Shown here: positions 63,146 through 64,000 of the stretch, in pieces | Numbering within the stretch: position 1 is the first letter of the stretch | Layout of the letters: each line of letters starts with the position of its first letter | NCBI GenBank assembly: GCA_030704615.1 | Contig: CM060734.1 | Span: 124,001-188,000 of the forward strand | From: Takakia lepidozioides | Taxonomy: Eukaryota > Plantae > Bryophyta | Length of the DNA stretch: 64,000 nt | Direction: 5' to 3' | Made by a program: the position numbers and the translations under genes | The notes under the pieces: model-generated | What the model saw: the letters and a program-made list of their open reading frames with translations, nothing else | What the model was told of the DNA's origin: nothing | Databases searched by the model: none

Positions 63146-63299
63146 CACTGCTACTGATGATGGCAGCCATGGCCGTGGATGGCCATCGCGCACGGAATCC
63201 GTTCTCGTGAACGGTGATGAATGTTACATCTCCATTCATGACAACGGATGTCATCATCCATCACCGTCACGGTGATGGGCTCTGTGACCCGTCGCAGTG
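63146..63299. mobile_element. Short CACTG...CAGTG element (CACTA-type MITE relic)
   Basis: cactgctactg / ccgtcgcagtg (9/11 match) and an internal ccatcaccgtcacggtgatgg palindrome. No matching TSD. Confidence 0.35.
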
Positions 63300-64000
63300 G
63301 AGAAAAGACTCTCTATCAATGGTCAACCTACCTGTATTCCGTAGGGATGAGGATTTTCTGGGCCCGTCGATAGATCTGAGATGTTTGTCTTGTAGCCTAC
63401 CCCATTGTGCGTGTGCGGCGCATGAAAAAGAATGCACCAAAGATCCTACAATAGAGAGGATTCAAAATCTTAAAAAGTCGAGAATCATTCCCCGTAATTT
63501 CCTTGCCACGCAATAAAAAAGAGCGGTTTGTTTATTCGAATATTTGAAAGAATCTGAATGCGTACATACGTATACCCCTGCCCTCCGCTACGACCCCTCT
63601 CTCGAACATCATACCTCCCGTCAAAAGTCAGAGCTTTTCCTATAAACCTCAGATGTCGCATGCATTACTATAGAATACCTTGGGTATCTCCATCGATCAC
63701 TTGGTGCTAGTCAAAACTGTCCGCTTGAGGGCCACTACCTAATGTACCCTGGAATGGTCGAGCAGCAGCAGCGATAACGCTGTGTAAGACTTGGGGACCG
63801 GGCTGGCCTCGCTATGGAATACCAAATGCTCGACAATTTTACTATCATCTACAACCCTCGACAAATCAACCACTAGTGGTTGTAGATGATTTGTCCAGGG
63901 TTGATTTTTGGGCAAACGGTATTCGTTGGAATACCAAATGCCCATGTCTTCATCCCACTTGTTCAATGAATATTCTCTAATAGATTCTTAGATCCTTCAA

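Noticed and set aside
63300-64000. Possible coding or organellar-derived segment
   Set aside because: No recognisable motif; it cannot be assigned without a search.

Overview
Eukaryotic, transposon-saturated window with no intact host gene. It is most likely from a non-seed land plant such as a bryophyte; this is an inference from a PLS-class PPR remnant, plant-type Ty3/Gypsy elements and TTTAGGG-like motifs. From left to right: a non-LTR RT fragment; a decayed RING-finger gene with a 120-bp tandem array; tandem non-autonomous Helitrons; a PPR pseudogene; a ~15.7-kb palindrome (arms 9267-16881 and 17692-24927) duplicating an LTR+gag and a hAT transposase; RNase H + restriction-like-endonuclease non-LTR relics at ~27-28.7 kb and ~61.6-63.1 kb; the 3' end of an LTR element with a long extra ORF; a 646-bp direct repeat; and a large multi-gene Mutator-like element (~37.9-58.4 kb) whose introns and intergenic spaces are filled with arrays of a GGCGCC-centred palindrome. 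Two Gypsy elements and a 500-N gap interrupt the Mutator-like element. The strongest leads are (1) a Gypsy pol with a DNMT3-like cytosine methyltransferase between protease and RT plus a C-terminal PHD finger, (2) the LTR-flanked hAT palindrome as a candidate 'killer' hairpin locus, (3) the VANDAL-like Mutator system with an uncharacterised accessory gene, and (4) RNase H/RLE retroelements with a shared 3' junction that suggests target specificity. All calls come from reading motifs by eye; no database search was run.
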